Part shown: one piece after another, positions 40,283 to 55,655 of the stretch
Numbering within the stretch: position 1 is the first letter of the stretch
How the letters are laid out: each line of letters begins with the position of its first letter
From: Eledone cirrhosa
Taxonomy: Eukaryota
Assembly: GCA_964016885.1 (NCBI GenBank)
Contig: OZ024740.1
Location: forward strand, 236,034,001 to 236,098,000
Direction of reading: 5' to 3'
Length of the DNA stretch: 64,000 nt
Notes under the pieces: generated by a model
The model's database searches: none
Seen by the model: the letters and a program-made list of their open reading frames with translations, nothing else
What the model was told of the DNA's origin: nothing
Program-made: the position numbers and the translations under genes

Positions 40283-41115
40283 TTTCTGTCTTCACTAGAA
40301 TATGTTATATATCAAAATAAATGTATTGATTAATAGTATATTATCATCAATATATTGCCAATATGTTGGTGACACACATATATAGTTGCTAACAACACAC
40401 CCACACTTACTTGATCCAAAGCAATAACTAACATATAAAGCATTCAGTGTTTAAATGTACTAAAGAGATTGGAGCAACAACGAATCACCTCCATCTTGAC
40501 TGTAAATATGTCTGAGTATATAACAACATATCCCCCACCATCACCACCACCACGATCAGTATTCATGGTACACTTACTAATCGTTATATTTATCATAATG
40601 CTAACAGTTATTTCCCCCTTTAGATATCAACTCTCCATTATTAAATCACTCCTTGGTCTCTACCTACTAGACATATAATTCAACATGATAAAAACATGGC
40701 CTTAATTATCAGTTGTTACAATAATCTACTTGGTGACAACAAAGTTGACTTATATTGATCCCATAAACTATATTACCAATTTCAATAGATGTTGGAGTTT
40801 TCTTTCAGATGAATATATGTCACACAGTTTGGTCACATGCATTTTTAATGTAGTTGATTTAGGTTCAAATTTTGTTTTATTTTGAAAGCTGGACATTATC
40901 TTTTTACAGGTGCATATAAACAAACACACACTATAAATAACATTGCTTTATACAGGTGATGTGTATTATCTTATTCACCGTACCAATTAGTATATATATA
41001 TATATAATAATAATAATAATTGTTTCTACTTTAGGCACAAGGCCAGCAATTACCCAGTGCATTACTGGTACTTTATTTTATCGAATCCGTAAGGATGAAA
41101 GGCAAAGTTAACCTC

Positions 41116-41149
<34 letters not shown>

Positions 41150-42262
41150 CACATGATTGGATGATCAAACTCGTTTTGAAACACGAAAGCATCAAAAGAT
41201 CATACTCCATTACAAAAGATGCACAAAGATACAGTAATGAACTACAAATTTCAGAAGTTCCATTTACTGCTGAAATAAAAAAACACAGAAAAAGCAAAGC
41301 AGGTAAAAGTAACTGCAAAGAAAGAACTGCTACAGAAACTGGCTAAGAAATGGCAAGAAAAGCCTCTGTATGGAAAATACCCAGAAAGAGCTAACAATCC
41401 TGATGTTGACAAAACTTTAACCCATCAGTGGTTGGCATCCTCTGGACTGAAATCGGAGACTGAAGGGCTGATTATATCAGCACCAGATCAGTATCTGCCA
41501 ACAAAAAATTACCAAGCCAACATAATAAAAAATGGATGCAACCCATTATGCCGTGTATGTAAAAAACAACCAGAGACCATTGATCATATAATTTCAATGT
41601 GCAGTCCTATAGGTCCAACCGAATACCTAAACAGGCATGACAGAGCTGCACAATACATACATTGGATAATGTGTAAGCATTTTGACCTGCCCCATCAAAA
41701 GAATTGGTGGGAGCATCAACCACCTCCCATACTTGAAACAGATCACATCTCAATCTTGTGGAACTTTAGCATCCAAACAGACCGAAAAATAGATGCAAAT
41801 AGACCTGATATAATACTGAAGGACTTTAAAAAGAGGGTATGCTTGCTAATTGATATGTCCGTTCCAATAGACAAGAATGTATCTATAAAAACATTTGAAA
41901 AATTGAGCAAGTATAAGATAGAAATGGAGATAGAAATTGGAAAAATGTGGAAATTGAGAACTAAAACAATACCAGTGGTTGTAGGCGCTCTAGGAATGAT
42001 ACCTAAGGGGTCTAATGATTACTTATCGCAAATCCCAGGAAACCCGCGTATAGGAGAAATACAAAAGATAGTACTAATGGGAACTGCCCATATACTAAGG
42101 AAGATTCTGTCAATATAAGTATATCACAAGTCTAAACACCTAAAGATGCATGTGTGAGTATGTATGTTCTTTCTTGAACATGGCGGACCTTGTTGTCTCT
42201 TGAGGTCACTGGTTGTGACTTGGTGATAACTCGTATGAACATAAAGCAAGATATATGCAACT

Positions 42263-42263
<1 letters not shown>
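41150..42263 (+). mobile_element. 5'-truncated Dong-like (R4 clade) retrotransposon in (TAA)n
   Basis: WQEKPLYGKY, HQWLASSGLKSETEG, CRVC..HIISMC, RHD, ANRPDII..LIDMSVP RLE domain; (TAA)n on both flanks. Confidence 0.92.
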
Positions 42264-42300
<37 letters not shown>

Positions 42301-42331
42301 CGCAAGGCAGTTACTTTAGTCATCCCAATTT

Positions 42332-42402
42332 ATTTTATGATACGCATTTTGAAGATGAAAGGCTTATAACATAAGCCAAAATATGTTCTCTTCAGATAAA
42401 AT
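42332..42402 (-). ncRNA. Decayed type I hammerhead (G12 lost)
   Basis: attttat-CTGAAGA-gaacat..ggcttat gtt ataagcc..atcttc-AAAAT-gcgt-ATC-ataaaat: perfect 7-bp stem I; resembles the 8197 family. Confidence 0.65.
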
Positions 42403-43756
42403 CCACAGGAGATGTAGAAATCATTTGATATGCAGGGGGTCAGACGAGCTGTTTAAGATACATGGCCGGCAAGCATATATATATATATATAAAGAATATC
42501 CAGCCAACACAGTAAAGTGATCATGTAGGTGTCACGACAAAAAACACCCACCACACATTGTAAATGTGGTTGGCGTTAGGAAAGGCATCCAGCCGTAGAG
42601 AACCAGCTCAAAAAACATTCAGCCCACACTGTAAAGTGGACGTGTAAAAGACATGGCAAAAAGTACCCAGCACACACTGTCAATGTGGTTGGCGTTAGGC
42701 AGGGCATCCAGCCATAGAAAACCAGCTAGAAACTCTCCTATAGGAGCGAGACACGGTCACCCAACCCAACTTGCTTCTAAATGGGACAAACTCGTCTAAC
42801 CCATGCTAGCGTGGAAGATAGACATTAATCAATAAGGATGATCATGATGATGTATATATATATATTAATATATCTATATATATATATATATATATATATA
42901 CTTGCATAATACATATAAAAAATGATGAGTGTATAGTAAAAAAATTTTTTTTAGTTCATGCTAATTTCGTTATAACAACGATCTATGTGGAATCATACAA
43001 TAACAAATGCCATGTGAATGAAATTTTGTAGGTAGAAACTGTGAGGAAGCCTGCTGTATATATGTGTGTATGTGTGTGTCTAGGTGTGGAGAGTGTATGT
43101 GTATGCCGATGCCAACATTTGTTTATATCCTATAACATAGCAGTTTGACAAAAATAATGTGGTACACCAGCATGGCAAAGGTGAATATTTTTGCTACTTA
43201 AAATGTTACAAAATGAATGAATTAATGATACCCAGGATTATTATGAATTGTGAAATTGAGATGATGGTACATTTAGCTGATTGATCCATCCTTGTGATCT
43301 CTCATAATCATGGATATCGTTCATGGTCGATAAAAAACGTACCAGTCAAGTACTGGGTCGATATCTTCCTCTATATCTCTTTCTCACTTCCTTTCTCTCA
43401 CTCTTTCTATCCCCTGGAAGAAATCTACGGTATTCAGGCCTGGAGAGGAGATGGGCTTCGCCAGGTTTTTAAAAAAATGCCCTAGAAATGCTGTATGTCA
43501 ATATGGCGCCTCTACAATTCCTCAGGAGTTACGGGTCTATACCATACCAATCATGGATATAATTATATCATCTACCTCTTGAAACGTTAAGCAGCAAACA
43601 TATTCATCCTGTAAACTGTATTTAGTAATATGGCTACTCTGAATTGTATTGTGTATTTCACATATCTTCCATTCATTTCTTTTTATATTTTGTCATTGTT
43701 TTTACTGTTGACTGCCCTTCAGATTACCAACCATTTTACATTGTGTACTTGGTTAA

Positions 43757-43975
43757 CCCTTTAGCATTCACATTACTCTATATATACTATTATATTTTCA
43801 TGGTAAAGGCTTTACCTTGCATAATTATCTCACATAATATTGAATCTATGAGATTTTGAAAGTATTTATTTTGAGAACAATATCTTAACATCAGTTTAAG
43901 TGACCAGTTACAGCCAGTTTCAACAGAAAAAGAGAGAGAATTCTGGCCGGTTTGGCCGGTTTGAACATTAAAGGG
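43757..43975. mobile_element. piggyBac-like MITE
   Basis: TTAA|CCCTTTAGCATTCA...TAAAGGG|TTAA. Confidence 0.85.
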
Positions 43976-44684
43976 TTAAGGTTATCATAACACAAACACT
44001 TGAGAAATTATTGCTCTCCTACATAGATTTCATTTGCTGTGATTTGAAGAATCCCAGTCATCACTGTGTGATACTGTTAGGATTGTTCAGAATTGCAACT
44101 TCCTAGATGGACTTATTTTCCAACAGCTGAAAGATATTATCATACTCTTTATGCAGAGAGTTCGCATCATGAATTTTCCTTTTAGGCTTTGATGACACAC
44201 AAAATCAATGCCTTTTTACTAACTTTTTTTCCTATTTGCTAAGTGAATATGGTTCACAGAAAAAATATAATGAGTTCAAAATATGTCTTTTGCTTTCACT
44301 AAGTTGGCTTAATCTGTTGACTGCCGCGTATATTTTACACAGCTACAGTTGCTGTGCCGATTTTTTTTCTCAGTAAAATGACTATTTTTTTAAACAAACA
44401 TTTATTAACAACATCTATCTGAATGATTGACAAATGTCACATCAATAAACTAGTAGCCCCATCTAACTTTGAAGTTATGAACTATTGGAAACGAGTTCAT
44501 AATTTTGAAGTTATGACTGTTGGAAAAGATTTCAAACATGTTAGGATGAGTTATCTCATCTACGACACTGAAGAGGTTAAAAACAAGGTCCATTTGCACT
44601 GCATTGACTTCAATTGTCTCAAACGACATAGATCAGCCCTATTTTGAATCATGCTATGTTAGTGTCATTGATAAGTTATTGATA

Positions 44685-45560
44685 CATATGTATTGTGATT
44701 TAACTACTAGGTATGACATACAGATATATTGTGATGTAACCATTAGGTATGACATACATATGTATTGTGATGTAACTACTAGGTATGACATACAGATGTA
44801 TTGTGATGTAACTACTAGGTATGACATGCAGATGTACTGTGATGTAACTATTAAGTATGACATATTATGATGTAACTACTAGGTATGACATACATATGTA
44901 TTGTGATGTAACTACTAGACATAACATGCAGATGTACTGTGATATAACTATTAAGTATGACATACAGATATATTGTGATGAACTACTAGGTATGACATAC
45001 AGATATATTGTGATGAACTACTAGGTATGACATGCAGATATACTGTGATGTAACTATTAGGTATGACATGCAGATATACTGTGATGTAACTATTAAGTAT
45101 GACATACAGATATATTGTGATGTAACTATTAAGTATGACATACAGGTATATTGTGATGTAACTACTAGGTATGACATGCAGATATACTGTGATGTAACTA
45201 TTAAGTATGACATACAGATATATTGTGATGTAACTATTAAGTATGACATACAGATATATTGTGATGTAACTACTAGGTATGACATGCAGATATATTGTGA
45301 TGTAACTACTAGGTATGACATACAGATGTACTGTGATGTAACTACTAGGTATGACATGCAGATATACTGTAATGTAACTATTAAGTATGACATACAGATA
45401 TATTGTGATGAACTACTGGGTATCACATACAGATATATTGTGATGTGACTACTGAGCATGACATATATATATATCTATTGTGATGTCACTACTAGTTGTG
45501 ACATACAGATCTATTGTAATGTAACTACAAGTAGCGACCCAAAGATATACTGTGATGCAC
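44685..45560. repeat. 36-bp minisatellite, about 24 copies
   Basis: Unit TATTGTGATGTAACTACTAGGTATGACATACAGATA; accounts for the YCDVT/SQYIC repeat ORFs. Confidence 0.97.
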
Positions 45561-45844
45561 CTATCCTGTAAAATCAGCCCACTGTGTCTGTCTCTTTTCT
45601 ATATCGTGTGTATTTACATTCAGTTCATCTAACATTCTGTGTCAATCTAACCACACCCCAGCATCAATACACTGTGTCTATCTAGTCACTTTCTACACAC
45701 TGCATCTAATTATTGAGTCAACATTTAGCGACTATACCTGTCAACCTAGTTGTTAACATTGACATACTATATTTATCTTTCCAATCAACATCTATAGATT
45801 TACCTATCTGTCTTGTCAACATCCACAGACTGTTGTTTATCTAT

Positions 45845-45908
<64 letters not shown>

Positions 45909-45963
45909 CATCATCATCATCATCGTTTAACGTCCATCTTCCACACTTGCATGGGTTTGGACG

Positions 45964-46067
<104 letters not shown>

Positions 46068-46122
46068 TTATATATATACAGTATATATACACACATATAT
46101 ATATATATACATATATATACAT

Positions 46123-46193
<71 letters not shown>

Positions 46194-46337
46194 TACATAC
46201 ATATATAAATATATATGTATATACATACATATATATATATATACACATATACATACATATATATATATATATATATACATACGTGTGTATATATATATAA
46301 ATATATATATATAAATATATATATATACATACGTGTG

Positions 46338-46390
<53 letters not shown>

Positions 46391-48599
46391 GTTCAATATT
46401 TACATATTGGAACAGCTACACATTGTGCCTATTCAGTCAATATACGTATGTATGCTGTATCTCGGTAGTCAACATTGAAACAGTGTGTATATCTACCCAT
46501 CTACTAAACGTCTGTACACTAATAGTTGAAAATAACACACTCAAGGAAAATGAACAAAACAAAAATAAGAGCAAAAAAAAAAAAAAAAAAAAAAAAAAAC
46601 TTACTAGTTACTGAAATTCAATCAAAGTTGAATTAGGATAACTAACCAAAAATAGCAGAGAAACTTGATTCATTGATGGAAATGTATTTCCTATCCTTGA
46701 AACTCATCTGACATTTATACTTGGTTCACTGTATTCCTTATTGAGTGTGTATTCAGCCTGTGCATTTTCTCTTTATCTGCATGTATATAGATACTTTAAT
46801 TGAGTAAAGAAAGATGGAGAATATTTCACTCTAATTTCATTAGACCAATGAAATAAGTTGCTTTGTTTAGTCTATCACGTAACATCACTCTTCAGGCTAG
46901 ATTTGTAAAACATTTTGAATTATTGTATATTGATAGATATTGTCATTTTTACTTTACCTTTCAAAGAAAAAGAAAAGCAGGGAGTGGGGAGAGAAGGTCA
47001 CGGGGTCATGTTGTTCTATGACAATTGTGTCACGTTAAATGTCAGACTGTTAGTGGCATATAAATATCAATAGCAAATTTAGAAATGGTTATGTAACAAA
47101 GGATATAACAACAATTCTGTTAAATGATAGAATAATAGCAGACATGCTGGTGGAATGGTGGAAATAGACTGTTGTAGACAGCAAGGTACCAGGTAAATTG
47201 ATTGTAGGGAAGTGGGAATATGGTAAGGCAAATCACAGAAAGGTGGGAATATTATAAAATATACAACAGGAATGTGGGAATATGATAATGCAAACTATAT
47301 GGTAGTGGGAATATAATAATTGTTTTTACTTTAGGCACAAGGCCAACAATTACCCCCAATGCATTACTGGTGCATTATTTTATTAACCCTGTGGGATTTG
47401 AACTCAAAACATAATGAACCATAACTCTATGCCGCAAAGCATGGTGTCTGACGCTCTACCGATACTGCCAATCCACCGCCTAGTGGGAATATAATAATGT
47501 ACATTGTATGGCAGTGAGAATATGTAGATTGCAGTTAATTGAAAATAAAGTAGAGTAAACTGTAGGGTAGTGAGGACAGGGTAATGTTGGCAGCAGCAAA
47601 ATAGGAACATGGTAAACTATATTGAAGAGAAGTCAGAATAGGGTAAAAAATACTGCAGTTAAGAGGGAATACCAAATATTACACAGCACGGAGAATTTGG
47701 TAAGATAAATTGCAGGAAAGTTGTATAGGATAAAGTAGAATTGAAGACAGTGATAATAAGGTTGGACAAACTGAAGAGTATAGTGAATAAGGTAGTGTGG
47801 AAAATAGTGGGAACAGGGTAAAATGCAATGTAGTTAGAATAGTAAAGAGTCAACTGGAAGGGAGTGAATATTGAGTAGAATAGACACTAGGATATTAGTA
47901 ATAGAGTCATGTATATTTGAGAGAGTTGGTAAAAGGTAGGATGGCAAGAGTGTAGTGTAAATAGGGTAGGACAGACATTGAAGATGATTTGTCAAAGTAG
48001 CAAGAAAATTATTAGGTAAAAGTTAGTGGGGATTGTGAATTATTGGGAGTGAATAGGAGTGTTTGGAATTGGGTGAAGAAGTAAGGATTTTGCATATAAT
48101 GTAGAATACCCTAGGGTTCCTTACTTTGTTTTAGTCATCATTGCCAATGGATTTCATTAGTAGAACTCAAGAACAGGACAGGATTAACTAGAGGATATTG
48201 AGAATAGACTATCAAAGCTCTTAGTAGAACTAAAGTAATTTATAATACTACATAGTATCGATTGATAGTCGATTGACAAGATCCTAGACCTCATTTGCTT
48301 AATGAGTGGGGTGGAGCTCATCAAATCGGACCAAAGAAACAATGTTTCCATTGGTTTTTCCAATTGCTAGTACTATCTGTTAGTTACAACTCCAGGCAGA
48401 AGGAGCAATGTGAAATAAAGTGTCTTGCTCAAGGACACAACGCATCGTCTTGTCTGGGAATTGAAATCACAACCTCACGATTGTGAATCCAATTCTCTAA
48501 CCACTCAGCCATGCGCCTTCACATAGTATACTGTTTAATAAAAAACATCACACATATTCGTTTTACAAATAAACAGTATAAATAAAAGAATTATATAAA

Positions 48600-51500
48600 A
48601 AAAGGAGGAAAGAAATAAAAGGTAGAAGACAGACGCTAACTGAATCACATACCACAACTAAGGGCATTGAAGTTTCTCTCTAATAATCCTTAATGAAAGC
48701 CAATATATTCACAGCATTGCAACAATTGATAGCAAGACTAAGGCTCTGGAATAACCAAACGTTATTTTGAGCATCATCAGTTGTCAAGTCAAGAGTATTC
48801 AAACTATACGGTCATATAAAAAGATCAACTCGTGGTTGTAAGTAGGTAATGCTTGGAAGGAAGGCTGGCTGGTAAGAGAAGCAGAGGCCGGCTGCCAAAA
48901 CAATGGCTTGATAATGTCAACTTATGGAATGGACTTGATCTTTTCTCTTTAAACTCTGCTGCTGGTGATCGAACTTTGTGGAGAAAAATATCTCGTGTTG
49001 ATGCTCAGGTCTGCAACTGGAGGAGTTAGCATCTGAGAGAGAGAGAGAGAGAGAGAGAGAGATATGTCAATAAGGTGAGCTGCCAACAATGACAAGAACA
49101 TCTGTGTCAATTGCCCACCTCCCCCAAACAGCTCAAATGTTACAGAAAAAAAATTCTTTGTTGATAATTCCTGGCACTTTAGAATTTTATTCTATTCAGC
49201 TACAATGAATGTAGTGACCTTCAGCTTCCTCACAACATCCAAGATGTGGGAAGAAGCAAAAGTGTCATTAACTGAGATATCCCAAATGAGACATCTACCT
49301 CTTACTCAGGAGCAAAGGATTAGCCCATCTGGCCTCTTTCCCTCAACCCTGGACGATCCAGCTGGCTCCAGAATTGAAAGGATATTGACTCGAGCCAGGG
49401 TGTACTTGATAATTATGCTTAGCTCAGTATAGCAAGCAAAGTGATCTACATTCAGATGGCAAGACAATCCATGAAGACCTGTGGAATCAAGGAGCCTGCC
49501 AAAATGAGATTTAAATTTTCTACAGTCATTGGCTCTGCAATGGAGATATGGAGCTCATCCAGATAGAGTAAGCCATTGATGTTGGGTATGGGTAAAGCAT
49601 CAACCCAGTCCTCCAAGAACTTGGCACTCACAGAAATTAAGCAATGCCTTGAGAATTGATAAGATTCATCAAATAGCAAGAGTTGAAAGTATTTTTTGAA
49701 TGTATGTTGTGCCAGACTCTCTGCTTCAATCTATCCTATTCTGCATCAGAAACTGACAATCCCAGTTTCCTCCACTGTAGTAGGGCTTCATCCACCTCTC
49801 TGTTGGAGCTAGTCCCTGTTAGAATGGAGAGGGTGTTACTCATCAGATGGGAGGATGCATTGATGGAAGAAAGCAGGAAAGAGACAGAGACAACCATTTA
49901 TGTAGACTTAAGCCCTGAAATTGTTTGAGCAATGCAGCTTCGTCATAGGACTTACAAGTAAATCTGACATTGATCAAGCTTTCAAATTTCCTAAAGATTA
50001 GGTCTTCAAAATATTGCAGAGATGACAAGAATCTATAGGAGGGACTGACTCTGAGCATATACAATACGTTAGGAATGAATAGGTAAGCCCTAAGTATAAA
50101 ACACCTTGATGGGCTCAATCAAATCAATGTTTTGGAGTAATTGCTTGAAGTTTGCCATTTGAAGAGAAAGGTGGGCTTGAAAGCTAGCTTATTAATTGAA
50201 GCTCCCAGGGAGCACTATGCTGATAGAAAATGGACCACAATGGAGAGGAAGGATTCAGTGTACAGGTCTAAAACTAGCTGATGTTGTGAAGCTGGGTGGT
50301 TGAGGATCTAGAATTTACATTTTGAACTGTTGACATGAAGGCCCACTACAGTCACATTCATCAATCATCATCTTTGCAGTAGTAAGAACCTTATCTGAGG
50401 ATCCCTTTAAACAAGATTTCAGACATTGAGCTCTGGAGCTATCTCCTGCACTGAGCTAAGGATGACATCATGACTGATGGAATTTTATGCATTCCTGAAA
50501 TCAAGTTGGAAGACAACCTTAGGGACCTCAGAGGGCAGGTAGGTGAATGTTCTTGTAGCATAAGTGGTTGCCTCACATCCTAGTCTATTATCAACACCCA
50601 GATGGATAGGGGAAATTTCTGTGGATAAGTAGTCTGGGTTCGATGACAAGTATATTTTGCTGTGAGTTATCACAAAATACACCCAACTGCAATAGAGTGG
50701 AGATCACCATTGGGCTTGATATGATTCAACAGTTTAGCACCAAATAACAAGGAGCAAATATAGAGGAGGATATTCCCAGATGATAATGTATTTGCAAACA
50801 GTAAATATTCCAAGAACTTGAGGCCAGTACCACCAGCTGATAGGGAAATACTCTTCTTAAGATGCTGGGGGTGTAAGATATCAATCCATGCACCAGAACC
50901 TACAGGAAAGGATTCAATTGCCTTTCATATGCTATCAGGGATGAAAACTGGTCTTAAATAAGCTGGTCAGTTAAGCCAATGTAAATAGTTAGGTAGAGCA
51001 GTTGAGTGACATATCCCTATCAATTGGTTGAGATGCTGCTTTACATGGGAAGACAGAGATGAAAGGTGAACTGCCTCTTTAATGTCAAATTTATTGAATT
51101 TGGCATTGACAGCTTTCTTGATGTTTGGGGATTGTCCAACATTAGAAAACATGTTGACCTCTGACCTGAGATGAGAAGTGGTTGGGATGGATGCAAACAA
51201 CTAGAACTGACATTTTAAGGAAGATGTGAGAGGACCAGTTTCCACATAGGGCACTGGAGAATAGCAAGAGAGAATAAGAATGTCTGCCAATCCAAGGTAT
51301 TGTTGGCTAGGATTTTGTTCTTCCGCAGTTTGAAGAGAACATGGGAAAACCATTCTGAGCTCCCTTTGGAATCTAGTTGAAGGTATTCAATCTAGATAAA
51401 CCTCACAAGATAGTGGCAAAACTCTCAGCAGCATGTTGGTGTTTGGAGCAAGTTTATGCTCTATGGAGGATGTCATGGCTAAAATTGCATTGGTTGTTAG

Positions 51501-51600
51501 GCCAATACTTTTAGCTTGAACCTTAATTATACCCAAAACAGCTCCTGTGATAGCTTCTACAGCACAAACGACATTTGATAGACTTTAAAAAGTGACTTGT
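48600..51600 (-). mobile_element. Heavily decayed CRE-clade-like non-LTR retrotransposon
   Basis: Ordered remnants GSGAWIDILHPQHLK, HLGVDNRLGCEATTYATRTF..VVFQLDFRNA*NSI, LHVNSSKC, FIPNVLYMLRVSP, WVDALPIP..LHISIA, WLFQSLSLAINCCNAVNIL; boundaries approximate. Confidence 0.75.
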
Positions 51601-53036
51601 GTGGACATAGAGAATACAATTGGGTAGTGTGGAATGGTGGCAACCAGCTTGGAAGAAAATACCAATTAAGTAGATAGAGTTCAACAAACAGGATCAACAG
51701 GGGAATTTGAATGCAAAGAAGATATTGTCAGAGGCAGACAAGTGGTAGAGGTAGAGGGAAAGACTGGGTGAATGATATTAACTCTAGAAGATGGGAGGAA
51801 GGTAGTGATAGAGATAGGCTAGCAGTAACAGGATGAACAGTGGGGTAAATAGCACTAATTTGTTAGAAAGTGGTAATGCCAGTGACAGCGTGGTATGCAA
51901 CGAAGGTGGTGGAAAATGAAAGGACAAAGGCCTCTATGTTGTGACAAAACCATTTAAACAGGCAGATCTCCTGGTCACTTGATGTATGTTACTATAGCCT
52001 AAAATTATTTAAATAGCAGCATTTTGAGAATAGCAATTGCCAATATTTAATTCAACCATGTAGCAGATGGGATGGGTGGGCATATAAGAGAAATATTAAC
52101 CTTAAAAGGGGACCCCCAAATAAGATAGGAAGTTGAGAGCAAATATAAACAGATAAATGAATGAATGAATAAATACATAAATAAATAAACAAATAAATAA
52201 AAAAAAGGAATGACTAAAATGAATGAATTATTAAAGTGTTGGGTGTTTGGTTAAAATGTAGTCATTAAGTTAGTTCAAATATTGGTAAATGTAGGTAGAT
52301 TATGGTATATTGTTGTATTGGTGGGTATATATCTATATCCTAGTAGAAACACCATTTTCCAGGTGTTTTTTTTGTGAGCAGATGAATGTGTGTATGTGTG
52401 ATTTTGTAATCATCATCATCATCATCACCGTTTAATATCCATTTTCCACGTTAGCATGGATTAGACGAGTTGTCCTGTTGTGAGCAATGCCAGGTTAGGT
52501 AACCATAGTCTTGCTCGTACAGAACCGATTCTGGCTTGGTTTCTACAGCTGGATGCCCTTTCTAACACCAACCTCATTTACAGTGAGTACTAGGTGCTTT
52601 TTGTTGTGATGCCTACATGACCATGTATCTATGAATGCATTGGAATGTATGAAAAAGGAAAACTACATTTTTGACATGCAAACGATATGAACTGAAAGTA
52701 ACATTTTTCATCTTGTGCTTTATTTAATATACCAACGTTTATTCTCTACAGAAGTGTGACCCCTCCCCATCAACTTAGTCAAGCAAAGACAAAATATGAA
52801 CAAAGATTAAACAGAGGTATTATTGAAACATTCCATTGCAGTATCTTTGATGACATTTGAACCCATAACTGATTTTTGAATAAAATAGTTATTTTCATTG
52901 ATTCTTGGATACCCCATAGTTTTTATTCTAGGAGTATACAATGTAGGGAATTGCTTATAATTAAAAGGCAAATTTCTTTTATGATGGGAGAACAATACAA
53001 AATTGCAACAATATATTAGATTTTGTGGTCTATTTA

Positions 53037-53204
53037 TTGTATTTCCTGGCATCGAAGACGCTACTTCTTTCCTAAAATAAGTCTCAAAAATCTACCATGT
53101 GTTCTGGAGGCCGAAAGTTGTTTATTATTTTTTCTCAAATTTTTGGTTGTCAAAATTAGGGTGCTTCTTCGAGGACAAAGTGTCTTCGGTGCCTGGAAAT
53201 ACGG
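53037..53204. mobile_element. pogo/Tigger-like MITE
   Basis: TA|TTGTATTTCCTGGCATCGAAGACGCT versus AGTGTCTTCGGTGCCTGGAAATACGG|TA. Confidence 0.75.
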
Positions 53205-53634
53205 TACTTTAATACTTAGGTACAATACTCATATCAGCCAAAACTGAAAAGAAATATGGATACACACACAGAAATTCATATTTATTATTTTAACAAAGAA
53301 GGTGTGGTAAGATACCAGGTGACCCATAATGCACCAGAGTACTCGCACTAGTTCGGATCTAGCTGTCAAAATGGCCAGAGCTCAGCCATCAGGGTCCTGA
53401 CTCTTTTCCTATTTATTATTTTAGCTATATTAACAATCTTATTAAACACAGTTTTTGAAACAAAACTTGACATTTCCTACATATCATTAGACATTATACT
53501 TAATTATATTAATCTGACATATTAAAGATTTTAACCTTTCAGATCTATAGTATTATATATGAACACTTAAGTAAATTAACCTCTAAAACACTATAATGGT
53601 TCTAATATATATTTGCATTTATTCCATTGAGTCT

Positions 53635-54015
53635 GAGTCTAGCTGAGTGTGTAGCTCAGACATCAGAGAGACGCCTCAGGTAGAGCTACAACTTCTCCAA
53701 ATTGAGAGATCACAGCTCCGATACTATGGGTAGAGGTTAGAATGTTTCAGGAAAGAATTGCTGGACAGATTTTACAGGCAAAACCAACTGGCAGGAGACC
53801 CAAGAGTAGACCCCGAGCAAGATGGTTAGATAACATCGGTGGGCTTTGGCTGATTTTGCTTGGAGGTTCCAGCCAGATCAGTTGGAGACGGACCTGCTGG
53901 AAGGAGTGTTTGAGGACTCTGCTCCACAACCCTCTCAAGAAGAAGAAGAAGAAGAAGAAGAAAAAGAAAAAGAAAAAGAAGAAGAAGAAGAAGAAAAAGA
54001 AGAAGAAGAAGAAGG
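53635..54015 (+). mobile_element. RTE 3' fragment with (GAA)n tail
   Basis: RMFQERIAGQILQAKPTGRRPKSRPRARWLDNI; related tail at about 10905-11060(-). Confidence 0.75.
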
Positions 54016-54211
54016 ATGTGAGTTTAGTGAATTATCATGACATTAATTATATCAATTACTATCAATTGTTAAAGTATTTTTAAACAAAAAATATAATGTA
54101 TCTCGCCAGATTCAAATTGTTGCAGGTTTTATCTGTGGTCACACAGTATTATATTGACAGTGATGTGTGGTTTTCTTCATAGCTATAACCCCTCCATGAC
54201 TCATGCATTAA

Positions 54212-54586
54212 CCCTTTAGCAATTACATTACTCGATATATACTATTGTATTTTTGTGGTAAAGGTTTTATCTCACACAATATCTCACATAATATTGAATC
54301 TATGAGATTTTGATATTTTTATTTTGAGAACAATACCTTAATGTCAGTATGAGAGACCGGTTACAGCTGGTTTAAACAGAAAGAGGTGAGAGAATTCTGA
54401 CCAGATATGGCCGGTAAAGGTTTTATCTCACACAATATCTCACATAATATTGAATCTATGATATTTTGATATTTTTATTTTGTGAACAATACCTTAATGT
54501 CAGTATGAGAGACCGGTTACAGCTGGTTTAAACAGAAAGAGGTGAGAGAATTCTGGCCAGATATGGCCGGTTTAAATGCTAAAGGG
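54212..54586. mobile_element. piggyBac-like MITE with an internal 156-bp tandem duplication
   Basis: TTAA|CCCTTTAGCA...TGCTAAAGGG; 54257-54412 is repeated from 54413. Confidence 0.85.
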
Positions 54587-55374
54587 TCTGATCAAGAAAA
54601 ATATTCTCAGCTAGTACCAAATTCATATTTTTATAAAATATATCTTGTCCAATTCAACAATAAACAATAGAATTTTATTTTAAAATCATCATTGTAGTTC
54701 CTGACTTAATTACATATCAATAATAAAATCTTAGGCACAATATGATGTGTCACATAAAAAATTATACTTGTTATTCCCGAAGTAGTAATTTTTCAAAATT
54801 CTGACTAAAGCCTATATTATTCATGTATATATTATGTTGCTATTATCAATTCACAACATGAACAGAGTTTAAATCATGAAAACGTGTTTGCTGTATAAAG
54901 GAATAATACACTATTCATAATATGTGTAAATTGACAAGAAAATCCCCCCCCCCCTTTCGTTTATCTGTCATAAGACAAATGGAAATGTAGGTGGCCACGA
55001 TATTTCTAATTTAAAAAAATTTTAAAAGTGGGTATGTATTTAATCAAAATGTAGTGAATTGGTAGAGTTGTTAAGATGCCAGATTATAAATGCCTTAGTA
55101 TTAGTTTCATTTTCTATTTTCTCTGTTAACAGAAGTTAGATGTGTAATAACAGAATCAATGCCACTGACCTCTTTGATTAGCCAGGGGCCACATCTCATA
55201 TACATTTCTGCATTTTACAGAGTGTACTCGGTGCATTTTATTGTAGCATCAGACCTAGTTTGTTGTCTTGTCTCTTTGTTTTTCTGTGGCTGGATGCCCT
55301 TCCTATCACTAAGATTTTATCATGGCACCAGCACTGTATGTATGTAAGTATGTATGTATGTACGTATGTGTATG

Positions 55375-55598
55375 CTACTGGTAACATGTAACCCAGTACA
55401 ACCTGTCTCATGGTCTTGTCATCGGCGACTAAACCGGCAGCCCCACCAAGTTTACTTGGTGAGGAGAGTGATTTTGGACACCCTGCAGGACAAAAAACAA
55501 AACCTGACAAAGGGCGGAAGAACTCATAAGAGTCAACGGCCATCCAAAAATGTGTAAATATGTATATACATGTATGCATGTGTATATATGTGTATATA

Positions 55599-55655
<57 letters not shown>

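Noticed and set aside
44604-45459. Repeat proteins YCDVTTRYD / SQYICMSYL
   Set aside because: A 36-bp minisatellite open on both strands by chance, broken by frameshifting variants.
46865-46900. Minus-strand CTGAAGA with short stem
   Set aside because: No GAAA element; similar isolated CTGANGA hits near 4056, 14009, 44577 and 48775 were also dismissed.
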